This document shows, piece after piece, positions 35,001-51,138 of a DNA stretch of 64,000 nt. The position numbers and the translations under genes were made by a program. The first letter of the stretch is position 1. Each line of letters opens with the position of its first letter. Location of the stretch: NCBI RefSeq assembly GCF_009914755.1, contig NC_060928.1, one strand, 5' to 3'. The notes beneath the pieces are model-generated. The model was not told the DNA's origin. It saw nothing but the letters and a program-made list of their open reading frames with translations, and ran no database searches. Origin of the DNA: the human T2T-CHM13v2.0 reference genome, Homo sapiens.

Positions 35001-35921
35001 AATTTGGGTGGTACACAGAATCTAAAAAAAATTGAAAAACAAAGATCAACTGTAATCTAATCAGCTAGAGATAACCATCGTTAACATATTTCATTTCACA
35101 CTTCTGCAGATCAAGGGTGAACGATTTGCTATAGAAAACAATAATGCTAGAGAATAGGAGGAAGTCAAGCAAATCAGCACATCTACAGGACCTACTCATG
35201 TAACTCATGGATATAAGGGGAGGGGCCAGCCTCTGCAAATGAGATACATCTGTAGTTCTCGTTACTGGGAAGAGAGGGAAAGCTTTCCATCGCCTCATGG
35301 TAACTGTGCATTTTTTACTGGTAGAGCTTCTAGAAGTTGTTACATAGGTGGCTAATTTTAGAGTCGTTTGCCTCATATAATATTTTTAAGTGTGTGAATA
35401 TGCACCTCATTCTTAATTCTCTTCTCTATCCTTGACCTGTATCAGGCTAGTACCACAGTATTGGACAAACAACTCTGGACTTCTCACTGGATGATATTAG
35501 GATTACTGTAGAGTTCATTTCATCTCTTAGCCCAAGTTTGTTGGCAGACTAACCCACGTAGACCTTCTGTCCCTTATAGGGTTGAATCTTCTGTTTCCTA
35601 TAGTTTAGACTAATAGGGTAGACTATACTTGGATTATTTGACATCATTTCTCAATGAGGATAACTTGGGAGTACAGCTTACAACTTGTAAGAGCTGAGGT
35701 AATACAATGCTTTCCTGCCAACAGTCCCTGCACTCTAGAATAGAGAACAACCAATTAATCAGAAAAAAAGAAAGAATAAGCTCCACATTCATCCCAGGCT
35801 TATCTAAGTCCATTGTTACAGGGGCAGCTATGAGACACTGAATTACTTTGGAACTTCCTAAATACCTAACTTTCTTTAGTCCCAAAGAGATTTTTTTAAA
35901 AAAGTTACCCCCTTATTCCTG

Positions 35922-36290
35922 TTGTAGAGAATGCTGTTTTTCCTCTTAATATCTATCCCTCCTTTCTACTTATAATAAGAATCCTGATTTTTAGCTGGAC
36001 ATATTGCTGTTCCCCAAAAAAGACCATATTCTCTAGTTTCACTTGGCAGTGAGGTGTGGCCCTGCAGATTTAATGGCTAGAGCTCTAGTGGCTTTTCAGT
36101 ACCTTGAGGACAGGGAACTGCTCTAGGGATGGTAGGACTGAGAGCTAGGATACAGATAAATTCGGTGAGCTGCCAAATCAACTCTGATTGCCTAGTTTCG
36201 AATTCTTTTATGTGAGAGAAACAAGCATATCTTATTTAAGCCACTGTTATTTTGGGTTTCTCATATGCAACTAACAGTACTCTGAGTGTA
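35922..36290 (+). mobile_element. MLT1-family LTR (MLT1J-like)
   Basis: aataagaatcctgatttttagctgg...tatgtgagagaaa...cttatttaagccactgttattttgggttt. Confidence 0.6.
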
Positions 36291-36504
36291 CTGTGCCATA
36301 ATTTTTAGAAAGTTCTATTTGTATGGTAAATGCAAAATAAGGAACCTCATTAAATATGATTATGGTCTATGGGAGATACAAAATGTGTAGCTATAGTTAT
36401 CCTACAGAATTTTATATTTAAGTAAGAAAAACAGACATATATGCAATGCTCCAATATAAGACAATGACTATAAGGGGATGGATAAGGAGTTAATTCCCAA
36501 GTGT

Positions 36505-37865
36505 AAGATACATTTATGGCCAATTGGTTTTTAACAAGGGTGCCAAGACAATTCAGTGGGAGAAGAAAAGTCTTTTCAACAGATGGTGCTTGGGATAACT
36601 GGATATCTACATGCAAAAGTATGAGATTGGACCCTTTATACCATATACAAACATTAACTCAAAATGAATCACAGACCTCAGTGTAAGAGCTAAAATTATA
36701 TTAGGTTGGTGCAAAAGTAATGGAAAAAACTGCAATTACTTTTGCACCAACCTAATAAAACTTTTACAAGAAAACATATGAGTAAATATTCTTGACCTTG
36801 AATGAGGCAATGGCTACTTAGATATGTCACCAAAAGCAAAACTAACAAAAATAAATTGGAGCTCATCAAAATTTTATGCTTCAAAGGACACCATGAAGAA
36901 AGACAATCCCAGAATGGGAGAAAATATTTGCAAATTATGTATTTTATATGAGGTTTGTATTCAGAATATACAAATAAGTCTCACAACTTAACAGTAAAAA
37001 TACAACTAGCCCAATTTAAAAATGACCAAACGATTTCAACAGACATTTCTCCAAAAGAGATGCACATATGACCAAAAAGCACATGAAAAGATGATCAACA
37101 TCATTAATAGTTAGGGAAAACCAAACCAAAACCACAATGAAATGCCCCTTCACACCCATTAGATAATACCCCATTAAAATAATAATAAATTTTTAAAAGG
37201 ACAATAACAAATGTTGATAAAAATATGAAAAAACAATAACCATCATGCATTGCTGGTAGAAATGTAAAATAGTATAGCTGCTTTGGAAACATTGGCAATT
37301 CCTCAAAATATTAAACATAGAATTACCATGCAACCCAGCAATTCCGCTCCTGGTTATATACCCAAGAAAAATGAAAACATATCTCCACACAAAGACTTGT
37401 ACACAAATATTCATAGCAGCATTATTCATAAAAATCAAAAAGTGGAAGCAACCTAAGTGCCCAACAACTGATATTGAATAAATTAAATGTGGTATATCCA
37501 TACAATGGAATCTTATTTAACAATAAAAATTGAAATACTGTTACATTTTACAACATGGGTGAACCTTGAAAATAATACGCTAAGTGAAAGATGCAATCAC
37601 AACAGGTCAAATATTTTATGATTCCATTTATATGAAATGTCCTGAATAAATATATGCATAGTGACAGAAAGCAGATTTGTAGTTTCCAGGGGCTGCAGGG
37701 AAGGGAGAATGGGGAGTGACTGCTAATGAGTATGAGGTTTCTTTTTCGGATGATGAAAATGTTCTAAAATTAGATAGTGGTGATGGTTGTACAACTCTGT
37801 GAATATATAGAAACCACTGAATTGTACACTATGGTATGTAAATTATATCTTAAAGCTGCTAAAAA
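36505..37865 (+). mobile_element. L1MB-type 3' fragment
   Basis: ORF2 end (agtcttttcaacagatggtgc) through 3'UTR (gatgatgaaaatgttctaaaattagatagtggtgatggttgtacaactctgtgaat). Confidence 0.85.
36701..36755. mobile_element. MADE1 (Hsmar1 MITE), internally deleted
   Basis: TA-TTAGGTTGGTGCAAAAGTAAT...ATTACTTTTGCACCAACCTAA-TA: perfect 21-bp inverted termini. Confidence 0.93.
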
Positions 37866-38437
37866 AATTTCCTAGCTTCACAATTGTGGTTGAAACAGAT
37901 GCAGTATGATTTTGGTTTGTGGCCATACTGAAATAAATAATATCCCAGAATGAAACTAAATTTATCTCTAAGAATTGGGTATATAACCAGTGTATGTAAA
38001 ACAAGTATAAAGAGAATGAAATGAACAAGTTAAAATTTAAAATTGTCTCTATTGTTAAATAGTAAAATATACTATATGGCATTCAATCAGTATTCTCATT
38101 ACTGATTATTGTCACCTACTTAAGTCCCAAACATCAAAGAAGTGGCAATACATTTTCTTTGATTATTAAATGACATATTTTAAAACATCAGTATATTTAA
38201 ATGTTTGAAAAATATTTTAAGATAAATAAGTGTATTAATAAATACTACAGAAATATGGGACTAGTTCAAGAAAACCTGGAAGCTAAAATATGGTATATGA
38301 TGCTTATAAACAACCAGACCTAACTTTAGGTAACAAGTACCCCTGTTCTTGTAGCCAAATGTTTGATTACTCCAACCCTTGACTGGTGTACTAAGCAGCA
38401 GAACACTTTATGAAAAGTAGAAACCCCTAGGTCAGAA

Positions 38438-38601
38438 GATGCATATTGTGACTTAAATGTATTTAGCCCTCATAGTGTTTGTTTTGTATTTTAAGCCAAC
38501 ATTTAAAAATTGATAGAGGATGCAGATTGTGACTTAAATGTACTTAGTCCTCATAGTGTTTGTTTGTTTTGTATTTTAATTAAGGCAACATTTTAAAATT
38601 G
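38438..38601. repeat. Diverged tandem duplication, period about 81 bp
   Basis: gatgca.attgtgacttaaatgta.ttag.cctcatagtgtttg...caacattt.aaaattg at 38438 and 38519. Confidence 0.9.
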
Positions 38602-38797
38602 GTACATTTAACTTAAAATTCTGGATTGGAGCTTGTGTTTAAACCTGTAAAGATAGGGAAAAAAAAAAAACCACCTCTGAAGACATGGCAGCACTGGTAG
38701 TCATTTGCTGAAGCTGGAAGCTACTTCCCTCCTTAAATGCCCTCATGCTGTGGTTACCAGTGGTCTTCCAACCGGCCACTTTGCTCATTATGTCATG

Positions 38798-39162
38798 TGA
38801 TATAGTTTGGCTGTGTCCCCACCCAAATATCATCTTAAATTATAGTTCCGATAATCTCCATGTGTCTTGGGAGGGACCCAGTGGGAAGTAATTGAATCAT
38901 GGGAGTGGGTTTTTCCTGTGCTATTCTGGTGATAGTGTATAAGTCTCACGAGATCTGATGGTTTTATAAAGGGCAGTTCCCCTGCACGCATTGTCTTGCC
39001 TGCTGCCATGTAAGATGTTCCTTTGGCACCCCCTTGCCTTCTGCCATAATTGTGAGGCCTCCCCAGGCATGTGGAACTGTGAGTCCATTAAACTTCTTTT
39101 TCTTTATAAATTACCCAGTCTCAGGTATGTCTTTATTAGCAGTGTGAGAATAGACTAATACA
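38798..39162 (+). mobile_element. THE1 solo LTR (THE1C/D-like)
   Basis: TGATATAGTTTGGCTGTGTCCCCACCCAAAT...GACTAATACA; 5-bp TSD tcatg/ccatg. Confidence 0.92.
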
Positions 39163-39562
39163 CCATGGATCTAGCTTTGTAGGCCTTTGAGTTTGCAATC
39201 CTAAACCTAGGGAGAAGTTTAACCTGCTTTGTGACCTTGGGCATGATGCCGCGTATTTATAAGTCTTATTTAGCTCCTATTAAATGGGTCAAAGAATACC
39301 TGTCCTTCCTCTGTTCCTCATAGTACTGTTATAAAGATTTAACAAAATGATGTATTGAATGTACTTTTACAACTAAGAAGTCCTTACTTTTGGTCTTCTC
39401 TGTGAAACCTATGATATCAGTCTGACCGTTGAACCAAAGAGATTGTTTTTCCCTCAGCTTTATGGAAGTACCTTAAAAAATACATAAAAATTGTATTTAA
39501 GGTATACAACTTGATGTTTTGATATATGTGTACATTGTGAAATAATTGCCAAAATCAAACTA

Positions 39563-41946
<2,384 letters not shown>

Positions 41947-43236
41947 TACTGAGCATATCCATCATCTCACATAATTATGATTTTGTGTCTGTGTGTTGGT
42001 GGGGTGTTGCCATGAGAATATATAACATCTACCCTCTTAGCAAATTTCAAGTATAGAGTATTGTTAACTATAGTCATGCTGTACACTAGATCTCCAGAAC
42101 TTATGCATCTTGCATAACTGAAACTTAATATCTTTACCAGTATCTCCCCATTTTCCCCTTCTCCCCCGCCCCGGCAACTACCATTCTATATGATGTTTCT
42201 ATGAGTTTAATTATTTTAGATTCCATATTTAAGTGAGATAATACAGTATTTGTATATCTGTGTCTGGCTAATTTCACTCAGCATAATGTCCTCCAGGTTC
42301 ACACTTGTCACAATTAGCAGGATTTTCTTTTTAAAGGCTGAATAGTATTCCATTGTGCATGTGTGTGTGTGTGCACCAATCACATTTTCTTTAACTGTTC
42401 ATTCAAAGATGGATATTTATCTTGGTTATTGTGAATAATACTAAAATGAACATGAAGTGCAGATATCTCTTTGAGATCTTGATTTCATTTCCTTTCTATA
42501 TATACCCAGAAGTAGGATCACTAGATTATATGGTAGTTCTAGTTTTAATTTTTTGAAGAACATCCATACTGTCTTCCAAAATGGCTGTACCAATTTACAT
42601 TCCCTCCAACAGTGTACAAATGTTCTACTGTCTCCACAACCTCACCAACACTTGTTATCTTTTGTCTTTTTGATAATAGCCATTCTAACAGGTGTGAGGT
42701 GATATCTCCTTGTGATTTTGGTTTGCATTTCTGTGATGGTTAGTGATGTTGAACACCTTTTCATATACCTGTTGGCCGTTTGTATGTCTTCTTTGGAGAA
42801 ATGTCTATTCAGATCCTTTGCCCATTTTTTAATTGGGCTATTTGTGTTTTTGCTATTGAGTTGTATGAATTTCTTATAAATTTTAGAAACTTACTCCTTC
42901 TTAAATATATGGTTCAGAAATATTTCTCCCATTCCATGGATTGCCTTTTAACTCTGTTAATTGTTTCCTTTGCTGTGCAGAAACTTTTTAGCTTGAAGGA
43001 ACACCATTCACTGATTTTTGCTTTTGTTGCCTATGCTTTTGGTGTCATAGCCAAAAAAATTATTGCCAAGACCAATTTCAAAAAGATTTTTACCCTGTTT
43101 TTTTCTAGTAGCTTTACAGGTTCAGATCTTATATTTAAGTCTTTAATCCATTTTAAATTTATTTTTATATATGGTGTCAGATAAAGGCCCAATTTCATTT
43201 TTTTGTGGATATACAATTTTCTCAACACCATTTATT

Positions 43237-43608
43237 TACTTATTTATTTATTTAACTTCTATTTTCGTTTCAGGGGTACATGTGCAGGTTTGTATTATAG
43301 TAAATTGCATGTCATGGGGGATTTGGTGTACAGATTATCACCCAGGTAATAAGCATAGTGTCCAATAGGTAGTTTTTCAGTCCTCTCTCTCCTCCCACCC
43401 TCCACCCTCAAGTAGGCCCCAGTGTCTCTTGTTCTCTTCTTTGTGTCTATGCATTCCCAGTGTTTGGCTTTCACTTATAAATGAAAACGTAGTATTTGGT
43501 TTTCTGTTTCTGCATTAGTTCACTTAGGATAATGGTCTCTAGCTCTATCTATGTCACTGTAAAGAACATGATCTCAGTCTTTTTTATGGCTGCATAGTAT
43601 TCTATGGT
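43237..43608 (-). mobile_element. 5'-truncated L1P 3' end nested in older L1
   Basis: caggggtacatgtgcaggtttg...; 15-bp TSD TCAACACCATTTATT (43222-43236 / 43609-43623). Confidence 0.88.
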
Positions 43609-45432
43609 TCAACACCATTTATTAAAAAGGCTATCATTTCTCCATCGTGTGTTCTTGGTACTCTTGGTGACAATCAATTGACCGTAAGTGGGTGGATTCA
43701 TATCTGGTCTCTCTATTCAGTTTCATTGGTCTATATATCTATTATTGTTTCAGTATTATAGTGTTTTGACTACTGTAGCTTTGCAATATATTTTGAAATC
43801 TGGATGTGTGATGCCTCCATCTATCTTTTTCTTGTTCAAGGTTGCTTTGGCAATTCAGGGTTTTTTGTGGTTCCATATGAATTTTATAATTTTTTTTCTA
43901 TTTCTGTAAATAATATCATTGAAATTTTGATAGGGATTGCATTAAATCTGCAAACCGCTTTGGGTAGTGTAGACATTTTAACAATATTAATTCTTCCAGT
44001 CCATGAACACAGGATGTCTTTCCATTCATTTCTTTCTTCTTCATTTACTTTCATCAATGTTTTATAGTTTTCCGTGTACACATCTCTCACTTCCTTGGCT
44101 AAATTTGCTCCTATTTTATCTATCTATGTATTTATTTCTGGTGCTATTATAAATAGGATTATTTCCTTAATTTCCTTTTTCCATCATTTGTTGGTGGTAT
44201 AGGAACACAACTGAGTTTTGTATGTTGATTTGTATATTGCAACATAGTTCCAACAGAATTTTTTGAGTAGTATTTAGGATTTTCTACATCTACTAGAAAT
44301 ACTACTTCTAGATGTAGATTATATCATCTATAAACAGAGATACTTTTACTACTTCTTTCGAAATTTAATGCTTTTTATTTCTTTGTCTTGCTTCATTGCT
44401 CTCTCTGACTAGGACTTCTAGTACCAGACTGAATTGAAGAGGTGAGAGTAGTCATCCTTGCCTTGTTACACATCACTGATTATGATATTAGCTGTGTGCT
44501 TTTCATGTATGGCTTTACTGTGTTAAGGTAAGTTCCTCCTGTACCTAATTTGTTGAGAGTTTTTATCATGAAAGGGTGTTAATTTTTGCCAAATGCTTTT
44601 TCTGCTTTTATTGAGATGATCATGGGATTCTTATTCTTTAGTCTGTTAGTGTGGTATATCACATTGATTGATTTACAAATGTTGAACCATCCTTTCATTC
44701 CCGGGATAAATTTTGCTTGGTCATGGTGCATTAACTGACTAATGTACTGTTCAATTCAGTTTGCTAATATTTTGTTGAGGATTTTTGTATCCATGTTCAT
44801 CAAGGATATAGACCTGTAGTTTTCTTGAGGTGTCTTTGTCTGGCTTTGGTATTAGGGTGATGTCGATATCATGAATGTGAAAGTCTTCCCTCTTCTATTT
44901 TTAGAAGAGTTTAAAAAGGCCTGGTATTAATTCTTTTTTAAATGTTTAGTGTAATTCACCCATGAAGCCATCTGCTCCTGGGCTTTTCTTTGATGAGAAG
45001 TTTCAGATGATTCAGTCCTTTTATGTGTACTCATCTGTTCAGGTTTTCTATTTCTTGACTCAATCTTAATAGTTTGCATGTTTCTAGGAACTTGTCTATG
45101 CCTTCTGTGTTGTTTGATATTTTGGCATGTAGTCATTCAGAATAGTCCCTTATGAACATTTTTATTTCTGTGTCACCAGGTGTAATGTCTCTTCTTTTAT
45201 TTCTGACTTTGAGTTTTCTCTTTTTCTTTTCTTGGTTGGTCGAGCTAAGTATTTGTTGATTCTGTTTAGCTTTCAAAAAACCAACTGTTAGTTTTCTCCA
45301 TTTTTGTGATATTTTTCTATTCTCTATTTCATTTTATTCTTTCCTTATATCTGCTAACTTTGGGCATACTTTGTTCTTTTTTTTTTTTTTGTAGTTCTTT
45401 GAGGTGTAATATTAGGTTGTTTATTTGAGATC

Positions 45433-45434
<2 letters not shown>

Positions 45435-45463
<29 letters not shown>

Positions 45464-45760
45464 TTTTTTTTTTTGAGACAGAGTCTCACTTTGTCTCCCA
45501 GGCTAGAGTACAGTGGCATGATCTCGACTAACTGCAGCCTCCCACTCCCAGGTTCAAGTGATTCTCCTGCCCCACCCTCCCACATAGCTGGGATTACAAG
45601 CTCCCACCTGCCACCACGCCCAGCTAATTTTTGTATTTTTAGTAGAGACAGGGTTTCACCATGTTGGCCAGACTGGTCACGAACTCCTGACCTCAAGTGA
45701 TCCGCCCACCTGGACCTCCCAAAGTGCTGGGATTACAGGCGTGAGCCACTGTGCCTGGCC
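45435..45760 (-). mobile_element. AluS with (GAA)n-converted tail
   Basis: (ttc)n + polyT, then a full reverse dimer. Confidence 0.93.
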
Positions 45761-46538
45761 TTTTCTTCATTTTTTGATGTGGGCATTTATCTCCCAAAGT
45801 GCTGGGATTACAGACTTGAGCCCCTGTGCGTGGACTTTTCTTCATTTCTTGATGTAGGCATTTATCTCTATAAAATTCCCTCTTATTACTGTTTTTGTTC
45901 TATCCTATAAGTTTTGGTATGCATGTTTTTGTCTTCATTTTTCTCAAGATTTTTATAATTTCCCTTTGATTTCTTCATTGACCCAATGGTTGTTCAAAAG
46001 TGTATTGTTTAATTAGTATGTATTTGTGAGTTTTACCATTTTCCCTTTGTTATAGATCTCTACTTTCATTCCATTGTGGTCAGAAAAGAAACTTGGGATG
46101 ATTTCAATCTTCTTAATTTGTTAAGACTTGTTTTGTGACCTAATGAGTGATCTTTCCTAGAGAATATTTCATGTGTGCTTGAGAAGACTGCATGCTGCTG
46201 CAATGTTCTGTATATGTCTGTTAGGTCGATTTGGGCTATAGTGTTGTTCCAGTCTAATGCTTCCTATTTATTTTATTATCTGGATGACCTATTGATTATT
46301 GAAAGTGGGTACTGAAGTCTCTTACTGTTATTTTATTGCTGTCTGTTTCTCCCGTCCTGTCAATTTTTTAAATAAATATTTAGGTGCTCTGATTATGTTT
46401 GGTGCATATGTGTGTGTGTGTGTGTGTATATATATATGTTTATAATTATTATAAGCTTTTGATGAATTGACACACATCGTTATATGATGACCTTTTCCTG
46501 TCTCTTATAACCTCTTTTTACTTAAAAAGTCTATTTTG

Positions 46539-46851
<313 letters not shown>

Positions 46852-47659
46852 AAAAGTCTATTTTGTCTGATGTAAGTACAGCTACCTTTGTTCCCTTTTG
46901 GCTACCATTTGCATGGAATATCTTTTTTCATCTCTTTACTCTCAGCCTATATGTGTCTGTAAATCTAAAATGAGTCTCTTACAGGCAGGGTATAGCTGGA
47001 TCTTGTTTTGGTTTTTTTTTTTTAATCTATGTAGCCACTATATGTCTTTTGATTGGTGAATTTAATCCATTTGCATTTAAAGTAATTATATATTGGTAAG
47101 GACTTTCTACTGCCGTTTATTGGTAGTTTTCTGACTGTTTTATAGTTCCTTTGTTCCCTTCTTTTACTCTTCCTGTTATCCTTTGTGATTTCGTGATTTT
47201 TTTTATAGTGGTATGCTTTGATTCCTTTCACTTTATCTTTTGTGTATTTACTACAGATTTTTTTTTACTTGGGATTACTGTGAGGTTTATGATTATATAA
47301 AAACACTTTATAACAGTCTATTTTAAGCCAATAACCACTTAACTCTGACCACAAGCAAAAACTACACTTTAACTTCTCCTCTCCCAACATCTTATGTAAC
47401 TGACATCACAATTTACATCTTTTAATTTTATGTATCCATTAACAAATTATTGTAGCTATATTTTAACTTTTATAATAGAGTTAAAAAGTATTTACACACC
47501 ACCATTACAGCATTAGAGTATTCTAAATTTGACTCTATTCTAACCTTTACAGTGAGTTTTTATACTTCTATGTGTTTTCATGTTGTTAGTTAGCGTCTTT
47601 TCATTTAAGATTGAAGAATTCCCATTAGTGCTTCTGGTAAAGCAGATCTAAAAGTGTCA

Positions 47660-48607
47660 GATCACATTATAAAAGAATTCCTTTGGGTGCCCTTAGCGTG
47701 AGTGTCCTTATAAGACCTTACAGATCAGCTGAGTCTAACTGATCTGGGAACCCCACCCATGCACCAAAACCTAGGGCTTACAGGGAAGATCCGCTCCATG
47801 ATCCAGATGGAGGGAACTAGGACAGGGACTGGAAAGGAACCAGGAAGAAGTAAAGGGTTAGGGTAGAGAGAAATAGTCTGCAAAATCTTCACCTAGAGGG
47901 GAGAAATCTTAGATCTAGGGGAGCTTACCAAGCTTCCTCTCAGCACCGTCGGGGAGACAGCTGAGCTGTAGACCTTGGTGCATTGACTTTGATCACATTA
48001 GGGGAATCCAGGATTCTCTGTGGATCCCACCCTTATCACCAGTCATGTCAACTGAAGAATGCTAAGGGATTTATGCTGAGCACGGTAGCTGAATATAGAT
48101 ATTTAATAAGCTGTAGGAGGAGTTATGTATATTTATGGAAGAAGAAATATGCATATGTGCAGTTGAGCTTCATGTCCCTTCATGACGGCACTAGCATGAT
48201 TCAGAGGTGGAGTTTTCAGTCCTTTGACATCAAAAGGTGAAGCAAAGGACGTGAAAGCCCTCCCTGGGCATCCTCTATAGACAGGCCAGAACCACTCTGT
48301 CATCAGTAGTCTCTTATCAGGAAGGAATGCTGGTTTGCTGTTGTGCCAAAACCAAAAAAGGAAGGGGGCAGTGTCAGGCAGTTGGTTAATATCAACAGTG
48401 GAGTCTTCAAAGGGCTGGTTTCTGTTTAACCCACAGGGAAGAAAGGCTAATGGTGGTGAGCGAGGAAGGACGTATAATGAGATGTGTCTGACCTCCCATC
48501 CTGTCATGGTTAGAAATTTAGTTTTTAAGGTTTCTCTGGGGTCCCCTTGGTGAAGAGGGGGGGCATTCAGTCAGCTGGGGGGCTTGGAATTTTATTTTTA
48601 TTTCTCA
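47660..48607 (-). mobile_element. ERV1 5' LTR (48046-48607; MER31/MER67-like) with PBS and leader fragment
   Basis: Minus TGAGAAATAAAAATAAAATTCCAAGCCCCCC...TTCAGTTGACA, then TGG-starting PBS at 48041-48024. Confidence 0.7.
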
Positions 48608-50020
48608 GGTGTCTAAATCTCTCTGGTGTGCCATGGGTTTGTGGTTTTATCTTTTTTTTTTTTCTAATTAGATCTCATACTGATTTAAAATTGGTAAGAG
48701 GGTTTATTTTTCTTAGAAAGTGGGGAGAATTGAGTTTGCTCCCAAGCTCACTAATGCCAATTCCCCACCAACACCCAGCCCTCCTGTTGTCTCTCTGGGA
48801 AAATAGAAGAAATATTAGGTTGAATAATTTGGATTGAATAGTAAAGTAAAATATGAGATGGTGGGAGAATAACCATTTTCTACTTACTTTAATAAATTTA
48901 AGGCTTTTCCTACTGTTTCTAGTTACTGACTTATTTATGACTTGGATACTAATTTTAAGCCCAATTTATATGGTCAAGCAACACTAAAATCCAGGGGAAT
49001 GGTTAGGGGGATGAATATTTGAAGAAATGTAAAAGATTTTTAATACAGTGATTTTCTTGCTAAAATGCTACAAGACACACAGATAAAAGTGGATGATAAA
49101 AGATTTCTTTACCTATTTTGAAGAAATGGAGATAGCATTTCAACCTGAAAATATACTATTCCACAGAAATGAGGAAGTCATAAATAAAATGTATCTCTGT
49201 AGCTGTCATTCTTGTGTGTAACTGCTGACTTATGTAACTTGAGTAATCAGTTTAAAAATTGGTGTTTCTCAGTAATGTCAATTCAGCCTTAAGTTAATAA
49301 CTGTTATTTCCCTAATCCATGAATCCAGTCTTATAGTCCCAATCTGGAATTTGTTTTTTAGGAAATAAAAATAATTTCAATAATATTTAAAGTATAAATT
49401 CCCTGAATCATAAGAACAGAAAGTGAAATGTATATTTATACTGGGACAGATAAGGTTTGAATTTCACAATTACGATTACCATTTAATGTGACATAGAGTC
49501 CATTCCATAACTTTGTACTTTATGTTAATCTATATTGCTAGTTTTCTGGCTAAGAAGAACTGAAAGAGCTCTTTTTAAAAATCAAATAGCTAAGTGAATG
49601 ACTATTGTTTCTGTCCTGCTGAGCAAATAATAGTCAAAGGAAAACCTCTTATATAGTCATCTCATTTGTGAGCTTTCTCCTTGGGCCTACTTTTATACCT
49701 GTATAAGGTAAGTGCAATTATAGAGAACCTTAGTTCTAAGAGGACAGTCTCTGATTAGCGGCCATAAGGGACTCCAGTGGCTTACATGTTTAAGCACAAT
49801 GGGAATATCAAAAATTTTTAAATGACATATACTAGTGTTATGAGTAGTCTGAAAAATTCTCTTGACTAAATTACAGAGCAAAAATCTGACTTAAAATAGT
49901 TAAGATTTCTCATACATTCATAACTGCCAGTTTTGGATTCCACACAGGATTAACAATGAAAGTTGCTCCATTTTGTATTCTAATAGTTAAAACTCCTGAT
50001 CAGCAAATTGCTGGGCAAGA

Positions 50021-50963
50021 TGTCAGAGTCCTGGCATTGGAAAGTGGTTGACTCATGGGTTGGTAAAAAGAATTTACCGACAACAAACAATATAGGTTTA
50101 AAAAGAAAAGTTTTATTAGAGAGAAAGAATGCTGCGGAAGAGTGCAGGAGGAAGCCTCAGCAAGAAAGGACTGACTGCACGGATGGATTTTCCTTAGGTA
50201 CATTTGTGAACATTAAAGTGGGAGCTTAAGGGAAACTTGGACCATACTAGCCATGTAGGTCATAATAAATTATTACATTTGTAGACATTTTGGTGCCTTA
50301 ATGTCAGCAAGGGTTGCACAATGAGTTCTGGCTTGCATGCCTTCTGGAGATTTATAGAAATTCTAGTTACTTATAAATGTTTTGGAAAGAGGCCTGGAAC
50401 CAGATGCTGGCTTTAGATAATAGGGAAGTCTAATTATTTCTAAATTCCTCAGATGAGTTTTGTCTCCCGATGGCCTCTTGATGGTCACCAGGTGATCTTT
50501 GCTCTCCTCAGGAATCAGTCCCTTTTGGTTTGATATTTGTATGACTTTGGAACTTATTGATCCTCTTCCCATCCATGGACAGATTTTGATTTCTTGTTTC
50601 CTGTCTGTGGCAGCACACTGGGATTTGGGGCCTTTGTGTGTTGACAGTCAGCTGGGAAACTGAAAGTCTGGAGAATATGGCTGGACAGAAATGTAAGTTG
50701 TACTATATTTGTTGCTAGTGAAACTTTCCTTTATTTGAGCTATCTTTGGGGTGGTTCTAGATCTTGTGAGGACCACTTTGAACCGCTTTAGAGATGCCTT
50801 GTGCGTCCTTGCTTAAGTCATAATCTTGGTTAAGGCTTATTGTTTTCACTTGGGAGAATACCTTTGGTAAATAACTTCAAAAGCCAGAAATAAGAGCTGT
50901 CTGAACCAGCTAAAATATGATAATAAGAAACCTAAAAGGATATTTATATAAATATATACAAAT

Positions 50964-51000
<37 letters not shown>

Positions 51001-51135
51001 GTAAATATATATAAAAGGCTTTTATGCTTTTTCTCTTTTTGGATTTTGTTTGGGGAATTTTTTTCAGTTGACTGAAACCATTTTTTTAAAATTATGTGCT
51101 TGGTCTCTCCATTTGCTTCTACTCATCCCTACTCC
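50021..51135 (-). mobile_element. ERV1 MER4-group LTR (50021-50510) with adjacent internal sequence
   Basis: Minus TGAGGAGAGCAAAGATCACCTGGTGACCATC...CTCTGACA (TG...CA), preceded by purine-rich aaaagggactga; subfamily uncertain. Confidence 0.6.
50965..51000. repeat. (GT)7(GA)11 microsatellite
   Basis: Counted directly. Confidence 0.93.
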
Positions 51136-51138
51136 TCT

